Assembly: GCA_051294375.1 (NCBI GenBank) | Contig: JBJCIZ010000239.1 | Coordinates: 4,593,834-4,657,833 of the forward strand | Reading direction: 5' to 3' | DNA from: Paraspadella gotoi | Taxonomy: Eukaryota > Animalia > Chaetognatha | DNA: 64,000 nucleotides | The notes under the pieces: generated by a model | The model's database searches: none | What the model saw: only the letters and a program-made list of their open reading frames with translations | What the model was told of the DNA's origin: nothing | Shown: positions 47,861-62,479 of the stretch, piece after piece | Numbering within the stretch: the stretch's first letter is position 1 | Layout: the number at the start of each line of letters is the position of its first letter | Translations under genes and position numbers: made by a program

Positions 47861-50800
47861 GAGTTGTTAACTGTAATCGAGGGTTTGGAAACCTTAAAAA
47901 AAAGAGAATGTGAGAAAGAGAAGGCTCTCGAAGTTATCAATTCGTCTCTCGAGCATGAGAGAGAATTGGCCCAGGAAGGAGAGGAGGAGGAGGAGAAGCG
48001 GAAGGAAAGGAGGAAGAGAATAAGAAAGAGGAGGAGGAAGAAAGAAGAAGAAGGAAGAGGGAAGAAAAAGGGAAACGGGGGCCCACAACGGAGTGCTTAA
48101 ATCTCATTGGTGCTCGCTGAACTTTGGCTAGCTGGCTCCTTATCCTACAGGGCGTCTCTCCTCTCGCAAACTCATCTTCTCCATCTCTTCATATTTGAAA
48201 ATATAGTCTTACATCTCTCCTCCATACTTCTTCTGGCAACTTCCTCTTACTCTCATCGTCCAATTCCTGGCCATCTATCAACTCTTCCAATCAATTATAC
48301 TCATATGCCAGAGAGAGACAGGAATAAGGAAACTTTAACTATTTCCATAAAAAATTGTGTTTCTTTTTTCGGTTTTTCCAAATTAAATTTATTACCTAAA
48401 ATGGCATCAAGATTTTGGGGTGGAACGGGACCGCTCGTTTCGCTTTCCGACAAGTTCAATTGTATACGATGCTCGGGGGATCCCTGATCTTCGGTCCACT
48501 AAAAGAAAGCTAAATGATTGGTTGCATTTTATCATCATCCCTGTCTTCTGTAATTAACAATCTCCCCTTAGTTGATGAACGTTAAAAAAATATCACTCTC
48601 ATCACAACGTCAAGATAAAAGAGTGATAAAGGGATAAATCATTCCCATCTCACGCCTTTTATTACTGACCAATTCGAAAAACTACTTCACACTTATATAT
48701 ATGAAAAACAACATTCCTTAATATTAATATACGAAAAACTCACTCTTAAATTTATTTTAAAAAGACGTAATTTTTAATTTTTTTTAAAACCCGAAAAAAT
48801 AATCATCTTCTTAATATCTGTCTATGGTTAATAATCTAATCTCTTTATGTTCTTTTTCTTCTGGTGCGGGGGGAGAGAGGCCAGAGATGTAAAAATAGAA
48901 GTTAAGTGCTGTAATCGACATTTGCCTAATTGTCTGCGATAAAGCCTGTGATGGGTCGGTACTGAACGGTCCTCTCTCTCTCTCATTCTTCTCCTCGACT
49001 TCGTCGTCTCTCTCTCCTCTCTCTCTTCTCCCTTCTCACTCTGCGCGTCTTCCTCTCTCACTCTCCATCTTCTCTCTTCTCCTCGAGTCATCGTCGTCTC
49101 TCTCTCTCTCTCCTTCTCTCTCTCGTCATCTACTTCTCTTTCCCTTCTCTCTACTTCTTCAAATTAAACGGCGAATCCGCATAACAAGCAATATTATCTC
49201 GCACTTGAAATTATTTTCATCTGATTTGTTATTTTGTTTCTCTTTTTCTTTTGTTTTTTTTTTTTTGTTTGTATTTTGTTTTTTTTATTTTGTTTTCATT
49301 ATTTGTTTCATTTTATGTATTGTTGTTTGTTTTTATATTTTTTTTTGGTTTTTTTGGTTTTATTTAATTTAATTTTTTTCAGATTCGCNNNNNNNNNNNN
49401 NNNNNNNNNNNNNCGTCTTCTCGTCTTTCTCTCCTCTCCTCTCTCTCTCATCCTCTCCTCCTTCGCTTTGTCTCTTTCTCTGCTGCTCTACTTCAGTTCT
49501 GCAACTAACCCGAAATCCGCATAAAAGACAATAGATTATCGTCAACTGAATTTTATTATTTCATACTGAATTTTTTTTTTGTTTCTCTCAGGGTGTTTCA
49601 TCGTTGTCTTGTCGTTTTCTTGTCATTGTCATCATCCTCGTTGTCATCTTCTACATGGTGATTGTCATCGTCGTCGCCATCGTCGTCCTAGTCGTCGCCA
49701 TCGTTGACCTAGTTGTCGTCGTCATCGTCGTCTTTCGTCGTCGTCGTCATCAATCGTCCACTTTGTCGTCGTCCTATTGTGATCGTAGTCATACTCGCTC
49801 GTCGTCATCTATCGTCGTCTTCATCGTCGTCTTCATCGTCCCCCGTTTCGTAAGTCAACCCCCATAACTACTTTTCGCTCCATTTATTTATTGCCTCCAT
49901 AATTTCTTTTCGATGCAAGACGGACGTCTTTTCCGTTTTTCCAGCCCCAAAAAACATTTTCGGTTTTCCTTTTTGTGTTTTTGCGGCGGGGGGGGGGGGG
50001 TTTGTTTTTTGTCGTCTTATTTTAAGTGTTGTTTCGTCGGCTTCAAAAAACCTTATAGTTTTGTTTTTTTTTTAATTTGCCATTGACCTCGATGGCTTTT
50101 ATAACACTTGTCTGTCGGTCTCGTTGTCTGTCTCTCCCGTTCTCCACTCCCAGATCGACCACTCTCCATCTATCATTTTCTCATCCCTCTCCTCATCTTC
50201 TCTCTCTGTCTTCAGGCCAGCGGACGTCCAGCCTCTCATCCTGCCGGCCTTTCATTTCATCTCGTCATCTCTCTCATCCTCTTCTGTCTCTCTCTCTCTT
50301 TCCTCTCTCTTCGTTCTGCCTTTGCCCCTCTCTTTCTGATACCAATCCAAGGAAAAGTTATCTTTCTCTATCTCTGTCCATCGCTGAATCTCTTCGCGAG
50401 CTTCTTTGCCCAGCAGGCAGCGGTGGCTGCAGCGCGGGCTGCGGCGGCGTCGCACTTTCGCCGTCGGCAGCGGCAAGGTCCATACGGCGTCAATACTTGG
50501 GCGCCGCTTTTCCGGAGGTCATCCATACTTATGCCTTTGGCCGCTCGTTTAATCCGTTTGACGGCAAGGCGATAGATCAATTCATCTTCATCGTCATTTG
50601 CATATAGGTAGTAGATAATTTAAAAGCCTATCTCTTCCCATTTGTTTGTTTTTTTTTTTTCTTATTTCAATATTAGGGCTTTTGTATATTTTTTCGAGTT
50701 TACAAATTAGCTTTTCTATAGTTTTAGCATTGAAGTTTAATTGATTCAATAGAATGATTGTATGTGCATATTTATGACAGAATAATTATGAACAGTCTGT

Positions 50801-51366
50801 CAGACGAGACGCCAATTCTTGTCGAGTGAACATGAAAATCTCGAATCGATACGAGGACGTCCTGCGCTGAATGTCGTCGTCATAGTTCCTTCTCGTTGTT
50901 CTATTACGTTCACGTCGTCGTCGTCGTCGTCGTTGTCGTCGTCGTTGGTCGTCGATCGTTGTCGTCGTCGTCCGTTGTCGTCGTCGTTGTCATCGTCGTT
51001 GGTCGTAAGTCGTTGTTTTGTGTTCACGTCTACTTTTATTTCATGGATATTCCTCAACGCTTTTTCATCCTCCTTGCTCCAATTCTCTCTCTCTCTTCTC
51101 TCACTCTCTCTCTCTCCTCTTCGTCTCTCTTCTCTCTCACCTCTCGTCTCTCTCTCTCCTCTCTCTCTCCCCTCTGAAAAGGTTCCATCATTAAACTTAA
51201 GATGATCTTTAAATAGAATTTTTCTTTTTTAATTTACCATTTCCCGTTATATTATTTATGAATTTTTAATTATTGTTTTATTATATCCATGTACGGCTCT
51301 CTACGAATCCTTTGATTGTAAATGTGTTTATTAACATTCATGAGGCAGAAATAAATCAAATCAATC

Positions 51367-51412
<46 letters not shown>

Positions 51413-51915
51413 CTCTCTCTCTCTCTCTTCTCTCTCTTTTCTCTCTCTCTATCTGTTTCTCAACTCTCTCTCTCTTTTTCCATTTCCTTTTCTCTCTCTC
51501 TTATACCTTTTTTCTCTATCTCTTTCTCTCCTCTCATCTTTCTCTAACGGAAGAAATGCGACCAGCGCAAAGTTTTGGGACGAATGAAAATCATAGGATT
51601 AAATTTCTTGGCAAGAAATGGAAACAGACATAAACTCCCTAACATAAATAATGATAAAAGCCAGTTTTGAAATGTTATTTAACGACTGACAAGAGAAAAT
51701 ACAATTATCAATCATTAAAAAATAACATCTGTTTTGAACATTGAAAAATTGGAAAGGAGCTTGCTAACTTAGTAATTTAACTTATTTTAATAATCATTTG
51801 TAATTTTGTTATATTACGTAGACCATAAAATTATCTAAATGTATCGCTCATGTAACATAATTTATTGTTAATGATTACTCCTACAGCATTTTGAGCATTA
51901 TAAATCAATATCAAA

Positions 51916-51950
<35 letters not shown>

Positions 51951-51956
51951 CCTTCT

Positions 51957-52008
<52 letters not shown>

Positions 52009-52407
52009 CCTCAAAGAGATTAAACGGCGGGCGATGAACGACACTACCACTAGCTACCCCCCCCCGTCGTTTCTCCTTTCGTATAAGGGCAACTTTTATG
52101 AGGTTGACGAGAACGACGACGACGACGACGGACGACGACCGACGACGACGACGACGACGACGACGACGAACGAGACGGCGGGAATTGTAAAAGAAGAAGA
52201 GGATAAGAAAAAGGAAGAAGATGACAACGACGACAATGACGACGACGATGAAGACGACGGACGACGACAGATATTTGAAAGAAGAGGAGAAATATGGGAA
52301 AAAGGAAGAAAGACGACAATGACGACGATGACGACGACGACGACGACGAAGACGACCACTATAACAATAAAAATAACAGCGAAAAGGAGGACGAGGTCAA
52401 AAATATA

Positions 52408-52453
<46 letters not shown>

Positions 52454-52809
52454 TCGTTAAAACGACGAATAAAACGACAATGGGGACAATGAAAGCAAAT
52501 AAATAAAATTACCGAAACGACGGACATAAATAAATTATTAAATACATCTATAAATCAATCCAGCAGTCAATTATTCGATCAAAAAATCAATCATTCGATC
52601 AATCACTCAATAAATCAATCAATCAAATCAATCAAATCAATCAAATCAATCAAATCAACCAAATCAATCAAATCAATCAAACAGCAGACATTGACAACGC
52701 CACAAGAACAAAGACGAAGTAAACGACGATTATGACGACAACGACGACGACAACGACGACGAAAACAGAATAAATGGTCGAACATTATCCGGGGTTTCTC
52801 TGCCAACAA

Positions 52810-52843
<34 letters not shown>

Positions 52844-54519
52844 AAACATAACGTCGTTAATAACGGAAACGAAAGACGGGAACGGCGACGTCGACGACGA
52901 CTATAAAGACGACGATAGTGACAACGATGACAATAACGACGAATAACATTTAGGTAATAATGACAATGAAGACAAAATGGATAATACAAAGTAGTTATTG
53001 GTTAATAATGCCATCGAATATATAGTAATGGCAATGACAACGATGTGGACGTTGACTCTAGCGACGACGATGTGTAGTAGGACATAAATTCTCGTTGGAA
53101 TTTGTTGCTCTTGTTTTCCTTTTGTAAAAGTGTTTTAAAATATAAACAATCAATATTTGTTTACAGACATTACCGTTCAGTATTACTTCTGTTTAATCAT
53201 GATTTCATTTCATACAGATTGTATTATTATTGATTAGCCATTGTCAGGATTTTTATATTCATATGTTAACGACAACAATAATGACAAATAAAATGTAGTT
53301 AATAATAATACATAATGATGACAAAGATAGTTACAACGACGCCGACAATGATGACGAAGACTGACATAAAGTTAAAAAATGGTAACAAAGATAGAAACGA
53401 CAGTAATGATGACAACTTCATTAATAAGGACAATGAAGACAGGAACGACGAGGACAACATGAAAAAATGATGATGCGGACGGGAATGACGACCAAAATGA
53501 CTACAATAACGACGACGACGATAATAACGAAATGACGACAATAACGACGACGACGACGACGACGACAACAACGACAAAGACGACGCGACGAACGACGGAC
53601 AACACGACAAATAAACATAATGTCGTTAATAACGGCTGTGAAGATAGGAACGAAGACGATGATCCAGATGACAACGATAAAGACGACGACTACAATGATG
53701 ACTACGACGACTAACATAGCGTCTTTAATAACGACAATAAATATAGGAATGACGACGACATTACTGACGACGTCGAAGACGAAAACGACGACGAAAACGA
53801 CAACAACGACGACTGACATAACGACTGAGAGGAAACGATGTAGGGAAGGGAAAAACCGGAGCGATTTCCGCGGGTAGACGACATTTCCAAACTCTATGAG
53901 GACGCGTTGATGTAAACAAAAAATATAAACAAAAGGACATTAGGATCAGAACGAGACCGACGACGACGACGACGACGACGACGAAGAAGAAGAAGAAGAA
54001 AACGGAGTTGACGACGACGAGAACGATAACTACTATGTTATGAAGTAAGATATAAAAATATAAACAACAACAATAACGACGAAGGTGAAAACGAAAGAAA
54101 ATGAGTCGATGATTTGTTGATGTTTTATCAAAATTCCCAAGTAAACGAAAATGCGTAAATGTCTTTAAATTACCTAGTTATTTCAAAAAGCGAAATTTAT
54201 ATTATCAAAACCTAATGTAAAGCATACCCGGTGACCAAAAAATAGTCAGAATAAAATTTCTTTAAAAATCTGTACAAATTGAAAGTAAAGGATAATACAT
54301 TCAAAAAAAAAAAATTTTAAATTTCGGAATATCATTATTAGTCATTTTCTTTCAAAGGTTACCCGTTGTGTTGTCGTTGTTGTTATCCAGTTCTTCTCGT
54401 CGATTTCTAAAGATTAAAAAGGACGAAGATGATGATGACAAAGACGACGACGACGACGACGATGACAAGGACACAAAAATTAAAGACCGAAAGAAAAAAA
54501 ATCCTTTAAGCGATGATAG

Positions 54520-54935
54520 TGATAATGAAAATGATAAAATAACTGACAATGCTGAAAAAAATGAAAATGATAAAATAACTGACAATGCTGAAAAAAATGA
54601 AAATGATAAAATAACTGACAATGTTAAATAAACTGAAAATGATAAAATAACTGAAAATAATATCTGATAATGATAAAATAATTGAAAATGATAAAAAATT
54701 GACAATGATAAAAAACTGACAATGATGAAATAACTGACTATGGTAAAAAATTGACAATGCTGAAAATAAATTAAAATAATGATAAAATAACTGACAATGA
54801 TAAAACAACTGACATTGATAATGAAAATAAACAATAATAAAATAAGAGACAATGATAAAATAACTGACAATTATAAAAAATGAATAATGATATTATAACT
54901 AAAAATGATAAAATAACTGACAATTATGACAATGA
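54520..54935. repeat. Minisatellite with core AATGATAAAATAACTGAC (18/36-bp period)
   Basis: About three 36-bp units followed by degenerate 18-bp units. Confidence 0.85.
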
Positions 54936-56735
54936 AAAATGGGCGATAAGGAAAAAGGATGAAAAAAGGATAATTGAGACGAAAACAAAGATGATTACGA
55001 CGACGACGACGACGACGACGACAATGANNNNNNNNNNNNNNNNNNNNNNNNNNNNNNNNNNNNNNNNNNNNNNNNNNNNNNNNNNNNNNNNNNNNNNNNN
55101 NNNNNNNNNNNNNNNNNNNNNNNNNNNNNNNNNNNNNNNNNNNNNNNNNNNNNNNNNNNNNNNNNNNNNNNNNNNNNNNNNNNNNNNNNNNNNNNNNNNN
55201 NNNNNNNNNNNNNNNNNNNNNNNNNNNNNNNNNNNNNNAAGAAAGAAAGAAAGAGAGAAAGAAAGAAAGAAAAAAAAACAGAAAGAAAGAAAGAGTAAAA
55301 AGTAGAAAAACTATTTTTTGACGATGACCATAATANNNNNNNNNNNNNNNNNNNNNNNNNNNNNNNNNNNNNNNNNNNNNNNNNNNNNNNNNNNNNNNNN
55401 NNNNNNNNNNNNNNNNNNNNNNNNNNNNNNNNNNNNNNNNNNNNNNNNNNNNNNNNNNNNNNNNNNNNNNNNNNNNNNNNNNNNNNNNNNNNNNNNNNNN
55501 NNNNNNNNNNNNNNNNNNNNNNNNNNNNNNNNNNNNNNNNNNNNNNNNNNNNNNNNNNNNNNNNNNNNNNNNNNNNNNNNNNNNNNNNNNNNNNNNNNNN
55601 NNNNNNNNNNNNNNNNNNNNNNTTCGAAAAAAGAAGAAGGAAGAAAAAAAAAGAGAAAAAGAAAAAAATAAGAAAATTCGAACGTTTAATATCTAATTAT
55701 AAAACTAGAATAGAAAATATTTTTTACTAGATGTTCCCCGAATTTCCAGAAGACAACGCTAATATCATAGTAGTAGAAGAATATAAAGTAAACAAATAAA
55801 TAGATTTAACATTTATTCAAATTATTTCTAACTTTATATGATTTTTTTAAAACTTAGTTTAATATAGTAAAACAAGTAACTTTGCAATTTTTTCAAAGTA
55901 ATTTTTTTCAAAGTTGAAAATAGCTCCGAGTTAATTTCCTTAAAATATTTTTAAAAATTAGTTAAATTATAAAAACAAAAGTTTGTTTGTTACAACTTTG
56001 ATTTTTTTTAAAAAATTTTATTTTGAGATAAAAACAGACATGTTTCTATCTAAAATTAAATCGGTGTCAAAAAAAAAATTCGTTTTTTTCTAATATTCCA
56101 ACACAACGAAATGAAAAGATTTACACATAATTAAAAAAACAATGAGTTTTCAATGAGTGGTGAGCATTTAATAAATTGTCGAATTTTGGAGAAAACAAAG
56201 GTACACAAAAGAAAACTAGCACAATTTAGATTTCGAGGCGAAGCTGTCCAAAAAAAATCTAAAGTATGTCAGAGTAAAATATACCGTCACAAAAAGATCA
56301 AGAAAATCCAGTCAAAAATGAAAACATTAAAAACATTAAACTATAAAACCGAAAAAAAGTGGAAAAGAAATAAAAACAACAAAACAAAAAAAAAACAAAA
56401 AAAACGAAAGGCGCTTAGACTCTGTCCACCCAAAAAAAATTGAAAAAAGTTAAAAGGAGAAATAAAAAAAGAAAGAGAAGTTAAATGGATGTGTCGCGAC
56501 TCGAACCCGGGACCTCTTGGCTCTTAGCCTCGCTTTCGAATTAGATTACGTCGAGAAATTTTTGGAAAAAGGGGGTTGAGAGAGAGAGAGAGAGAGGGAG
56601 AGAGAGAGAGAGACAGAGAGAGAGACAACGGGTCAAGTGAGAGGGTCGGATTCGGTCGTGTCTAAAGTGGTAAGGGAGATTCCAAGTGAGACAGGTCACG
56701 TTGCGGGGATGAGGTCGGTCATGTGGGTAAGTTTT

Positions 56736-56818
56736 GGCTGGAGTGAGGCTGGGGTAAGGCGAGGCTGGAGTGAGGATGGGGTAAGGCAAGGCTGGAGTGA
56801 GGATGGGGTGAGGCTGGA
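56736..56818. repeat. 27-bp G-rich tandem repeat x3
   Basis: ggctggagtgagg(a/c)tggggtaaggc(g/a)a. Confidence 0.85.
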
Positions 56819-57933
56819 ATTTGGCCGAATTTGACTGTGGTAAATAGATGTTAAATGAATGGATACAGACATGAAAAAAATTGATATATAGATATAAATA
56901 CATTGGTAGATACATAGATATGAACTATTTGGAGGTATAAAAATAGTTGTATAAATTGATACATAATGGAATAGATAGATAATAAATAATAGATAATAAA
57001 AAAAATAAAAATATTGATAGATACAAGGATAGATGGATATATGCATATTTGAAGATGGATAGATAAAAAGATAGATAAGCTTATGTTGCCCAAAAGAAAG
57101 AAGGACTGCGTAGGAGACGAATTTTGGTGTTTTTTTTTGTGAGTCGTGATTCTGTTTTGAGTTTGTGAATCTCTGTGATNNNNNNNNNNNNNNNNNNNNN
57201 NNNNNNNNNNNNNNNNNNNNNNNNNNNNNNNNNNNNNNNNNNNNNNNNNNNNNNNNNNNNNNNNNNNNNNNNNNNNNNNNNNNNNNNNNNNNNNNNNNNN
57301 NNNNNNNNNNNNNNNNNNNNNNNNNNNNNNNNNNNNNNNNNNNNNNNNNNNNNNNNNNNNNNNNNNNNNNNNNNNNNNNNNNNNNNNNNNNNNNNNNNNN
57401 NNNNNNNNNNNNNNNNNNNNNNNNNNNNNNNNNNNNNNNNNNNNNNNNNNNNNNNNNNNNNNNNNNNNNNNNNNNNNNNNNNNNNNNATTAGATCTTTTA
57501 ACCTAAAATATTAAGTAGTAGTTTTTCGTAAAAAAAATTAAAAATTAGATCTTTTAACCTAAAATATTAAGTAGTAGTTTTTCATAATTAATATTAAGTA
57601 GTAGTTTTTCATAGTTAATATTAAGTAGTAGTTTTTCATTGTTAATAAGCGTTGGATTTTCCATTTATCAATTTTATTGCTTGTGAAGTGATATTTTTTT
57701 AACGTCATCAATAAACCAGGAAGATTGTAATACAAACAGTGTAAAATCAAAACAATATTAGTTTTTAGTCCGATCGGATCCCGACTTTATAATTGACTTT
57801 GTCGGTCCCGTCGTTCCCACCCCAAAATCTTGTTGGTAAATAATTTAAATTGGAAAACAAAAAGACACATTTGTTTGAATGTTAAAAGTTTCCCTTTCTC
57901 CATCTCTCTCTGATTGATTGATTGATTGATTGG

Positions 57934-58031
57934 CTAAATTATGCCAGTTGACCAAATTATCCCAGTTGACCAAATTATGCCGGTTGACCAAATTCTGCAT
58001 GTTGACCAAATTATGCCAGTTGACCAAATTA
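57934..58031. repeat. 18-bp tandem repeat x5
   Basis: ttgaccaaattatgccag units. Confidence 0.85.
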
Positions 58032-58410
58032 AAAGTCAAAAAATATTACCGTGATTCATCATCGGATTAGCTTATTACCGCTTAATTATCGTCGGCAGAT
58101 CCGTTTGCTCTTGTTTCAAATATATTTCGATTTATTCTTTAAGTAATCCACTGTTATTCACCATTCTGAAAATACATGTATGTATATATACAAATTAATA
58201 CAAAGTAACATTCTATTTTCCACGACTTTTTCGTAATCTCTTTTTTCTTTCATTATTTTCAATTCTTTTATATTTTTATTCACTTCATTTATTCTTTTTT
58301 TCTTGTTTAAAAATACTTTTTTCTTCTTTTTTTATGTAAGTTTTTTTTGCTTCGGATTCCAACTTTTCTCCACGATTGGTTTTTTATGTCTTTTACCATC
58401 ATTATCTCTC

Positions 58411-58444
<34 letters not shown>

Positions 58445-59875
58445 NNNNNNNNNNNNNNNNNNNNNNNNNNNNNNNNNNNNNNNNNNNNNNNNNNNNNNNN
58501 NNNNNNNNNNNNNNNNNNNNNNNNNNNNNNNNNNNNNNNNNNNNNNNNNNNNNNNNNNNNNNNNNNNNNNNNNNNNNNNNNNNNNNNNNNNNNNNNNNNN
58601 NNNNNNNNNNNNNNNNNNNNNNNNNNNNNNNNNNNNNNNNNNNNNNNNNNNNNNNNNNNNNNNNNNNNNNNNNNNNNNNNNNNNNNNNNNNNNNNNNNNN
58701 NNNNNNNNNNNNNNNNNNNNNNNNNNNNNNNNNNNNNNNNNNNNNNNNNNNNNNNNNNNNNNNNNNNNNNNNNNNNNNNNNNNNNNNNNNNNNNNNNNNN
58801 NNNNNNNNNNNNNNNNNNNNNNNNNNNNNNNNNNNNNNNNNNNNNNNNNNNNNNNNNNNNNNNNNNNNNNNNNNNNNNNNNNNNNNNNNNNNNNNNNNNN
58901 NNNNNNNNNNNNNNNNNNNNNNNNNNNTTTCAATGTAGTAAAAAATGTAGGAAAAAGTTGAAAAGGAAAAAAGACAAAAAACCCCACCATTTTTCAAAAA
59001 CTAGTATTTTCTATTTAAATAATAAAAGAAAATAAAATTGTTTTAAAAAAAATAAATGAAAAAACAGAAAGAACATATACCTAATAAAAAGAAGGCAAAT
59101 GAAGCAAATAAGAATAGTAAAAAAGAGAACACACACACACAAAAAGCAGAGATCAAGAAAAGCAAAACAGCCTGCGCAGCGAGAAAAAACACATACGTCA
59201 GAGAGAGAGAGNNNNNNNNNNNNNNNNNNNNNNNNNNNNNNNNNNNNNNNNNNNNNNNNNNNNNNNNNNNNNNNNNNNNNNNNNNNNNNNNNNNNNNNNN
59301 NNNAGAGAGAGAGAGAGAATTAATAATAAATTTGATCGTACACGCTGATTACTAACGAGCGATATCGCGTACAACTCACGTGGTGAAGGCATTAGATTGG
59401 TGCGCACAGTTGTACGTGCGTGGGATTCTACTAACGACAGTAAAACGTTGTGAAAAATTTCTGTTTTTAAACAGAAATTTGAATTTGAATTAAAATTCAA
59501 GTTTTAGTAAAATTAAAATTTTGAAAGTATCAATGATCATTGCTATATTAAATAAATTTAGTATTACTTCTGCAATAAATTCAGTGAGATATATTATTGA
59601 CATATTGACATATTTCTTGCATCATAAGACGACAAAATATGAGAATATGAGTTTTTATTACAAATTAAGATTCTAGATAAAACGATACAAAACTCATTTT
59701 TTATTTTTTTTGTGTAAATTTAGCTGTTTGAAAATATAATTTTGTTATTTGATTATGTATCTTTTTTTTAAATCTTTAAACAATTTAATAAAATAGTTTT
59801 TTAGAAGGATTTGTATCTAAATATAAAATTAGTACAAGCAATATACAAATTATCCATTAATTTAATAAAAAAAAT

Positions 59876-60010
59876 GTCTTGCCCCTGACTTTGGACAGGC
59901 TTTGGTGGTTTAAGGCCTCCATCACTTTTACAAGATAAGGACATAGCAGGTCCCTGCTAGCTTTCAATCAAGACTCTCTCTCAGTCTCCTTTATTCACTC
60001 CCAAAGTACA
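59876..60010 (-). repeat. Dispersed repeat, copy 3 (family of 29618-29755)
   Basis: tcttgcccctgactttggacaggctttggtggtttaaggc..gctttcaatcaagactctctc is the reverse complement of copy 1. Confidence 0.8.
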
Positions 60011-60171
60011 TGTATGTTAACTTTTGAGAAAGATAAAGACTGTCAAGCACGCATATAATTCAGATTTAACTAAAATAAATACTCTATTTTGATACAGAGC
60101 TCTAATTTCGTTGTTTTTACAAAATCCTGCCAAGCGAATGAAATGATAGAAAAAAACTGGAAATGAGAAAA

Positions 60172-60262
60172 AAAATGGCGAACGTCATCGACGTTGCCTA
60201 GCAACCGTCATCGCGTGATGTCACATTGACGTCAAACTGACTTCGACGCCCATTCCAATCCG
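60172..60262. promoter_or_regulatory. Motif cluster: YY1-like AAAATGGCG, RFX X-box GTTGCCTAGCAAC, CRE TGACGTCA, CCAAT
   Basis: X-box 60193-60205 fits GTNRCC-N(0-3)-RGYAAC; CRE at 60227-60234; all within 90 bp of CpG-rich unique sequence. Confidence 0.45.
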
Positions 60263-62479
60263 CTAATGAGACGAAAGGATGTCAGAGAGAGAGGGAGAGA
60301 GAAAGAGAGAGAGAGATGATAGAGAGAGAGAGACGATCTGTCTTTATCTCGTTCGGGGTGACGTTAAATAAACTTGGATGATGATCGGAATCGAACCTTT
60401 GACCCCGTCGATAGATGAGTCTCTCTCTCTCTCTCTNNNNNNNNNNNNNNNNNNNNNNNNNNNNNNNNNNNNNNNNNNNNNNNNNNNNNNNNNNNNNNNN
60501 NNNNNNNNNNNNNNNNNNNNNNNNNNNNNNNNNNNNNNNNNNNNNNNNNNNNNNNNNNNNNNNNNNNNNNNNNNNNNNNNNNNNNNNNNNNNNNNNNNNN
60601 NNNNNNNNNNNNNNNNNNNNNNNNNNNNNNNNNNNNNNNNNNNNNNNNNNNNNNNNNNNNNNNNNNNNNNNNNNNNNNNNNAGAGAGAGAGAGAGAGAAA
60701 GAGAGAAAGAGAGAGAGAGGATGTTTGTATTTCACGTCAGCGATGATGATTGTGACGACAAAGTTTACGATGACAATGATGATGATGACTATGATGATGA
60801 GAGAGATTTTTATGTTATCACTGATGATGTAGATCGAAGATGTCTCATGGGAACATTGGAACAACTCACAACATTAAGGTAACAAAATTTCAGATAATCG
60901 CAAAATTACAAAACCAGGACATCAAGCATCAAACCATTTCACAATCACATAATCACAATCACAATTCACCACACATTTATCAATTACTCAATATCAACAT
61001 CACATCATGTCACAGAATCTAACATTCACAGTGTCACAGAAAAACCTTTTCACACCATCAAAACACTGAACCATACAATCATCACACCATCACACTATCA
61101 CAACCTCACCCAATCAAACCATCACCCAATCAAACTATCAAAACATCATCCCTCAAACCATCACAACATCACACTATCACACCCCACAACATCAAACCAT
61201 CACAACATCACATCATCAAACTCTCACAACATCCCCCGCTTAAACTATTCCTCCTCATTTTTTCTCAAAAAATCTTTCACGATTTTCGTGTCTCGAAATT
61301 TTTAACTTTTTTCCTTTTTCTCTTCGGCTCCGTGAATAGAGAGGTTGTTGTCGTTGTCGTTGTTGTCGTTGTTTGTCGTCGTTTTTGTCATCATCCTTGT
61401 TCCAACTTTCGTCTTGTTCGTCTCATCGTCAACGTCGTTGTCGTTGTCGTGGTCATCGTCGTCGCCATCGTCATCCTCGTCTTCGTCTTTGTCTTCGTGG
61501 TCATCTTTGTCATCGTCATCGTCGTCGCCATCGTCGTCGTTCTCGCCGTCTTTGTCGTTTTTCTACTTTTTCCTTCCTTTTTCTTGAAGTTGTCGTCGTT
61601 CGTTGTCGTTCGTCGTCGTCGTCGTCCGTCCGTGCGTCCGTCCGTCCGTCTCTCCCGTTTTTTTGGTCTGGAAAGAGGAAATGAATTGCAAATTAAGACA
61701 AATGAGAAGAAACTGGCAGAAAAGCGGTAACATCTCTTGGAGAAGGAAAAGAGAGGGAAAAAGAAAGACGCGGGGGTGTCAAATGGAGAGAGAAGAGAGG
61801 GAGAAGAAAAAAGACAAGAGAGGAGAGAGAGAGCAAGAGGACGGGAGACTCGAGAGAGAGAGAGGAGAGAGAGAGAGATGGTTTGTTTTGGAGGGAAGAG
61901 AGAGAAGAGAAAAACGGGGCAGGAAACAAAATAAAAATTAGTAAGAAATTTAGTATTTTGTAATTGGAAAAGCAAAATTAAAACGAAAGAGAAGAAGAGA
62001 AGAGAGAAGATAAAGGAAAGAGAGAGAGAGACGAGAGAGACGAGAGAGAGATGAGGAAGAGGAGAGAGAGGAAGGAGAGGGATGCGGGGGAGGGAGAAGG
62101 GGGACGAGGGAGGAGAACGGGAGTGGGGTGAGAGAGGGAGGGGAGAGATGGAGGGAGGAGAGGAGCAGATTGAGAGAAAGAAGAGAGAGAGGAGAAATCA
62201 AAGCCTTCGCGGAGACCTGAGAGGTCTGAGAATTTTTTTCTGTTGTTTTCAGACGTTAATTGAAGGTTAAAAGTCACCGACCCGTGGCGAGAGAATATTG
62301 GCGAGAGAGAGAAGATAAGGAGAGAGAGAAAGAAGAAGAAAAGAGAGAGAAGGGAGAAGAGAGAAGAGAGAGAGGGGTCCCTTTCAGACATAGGAGACAA
62401 AGACGCAGAAATAAAAAATTGCATACGAGAGAGCCAAGAAAAAAAAAAAGGTAAAAGAGTAAAAAATGAGACCTAAATG

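Noticed and set aside
56490-56535. tRNA gene
   Set aside because: Only a T-arm/B-box fragment (rc GGTCCCGGGTTCGAGTC); no cloverleaf.
54520-58031. CRISPR-like arrays
   Set aside because: Head-to-tail minisatellites without unique spacers, in a eukaryotic context with no cas genes.
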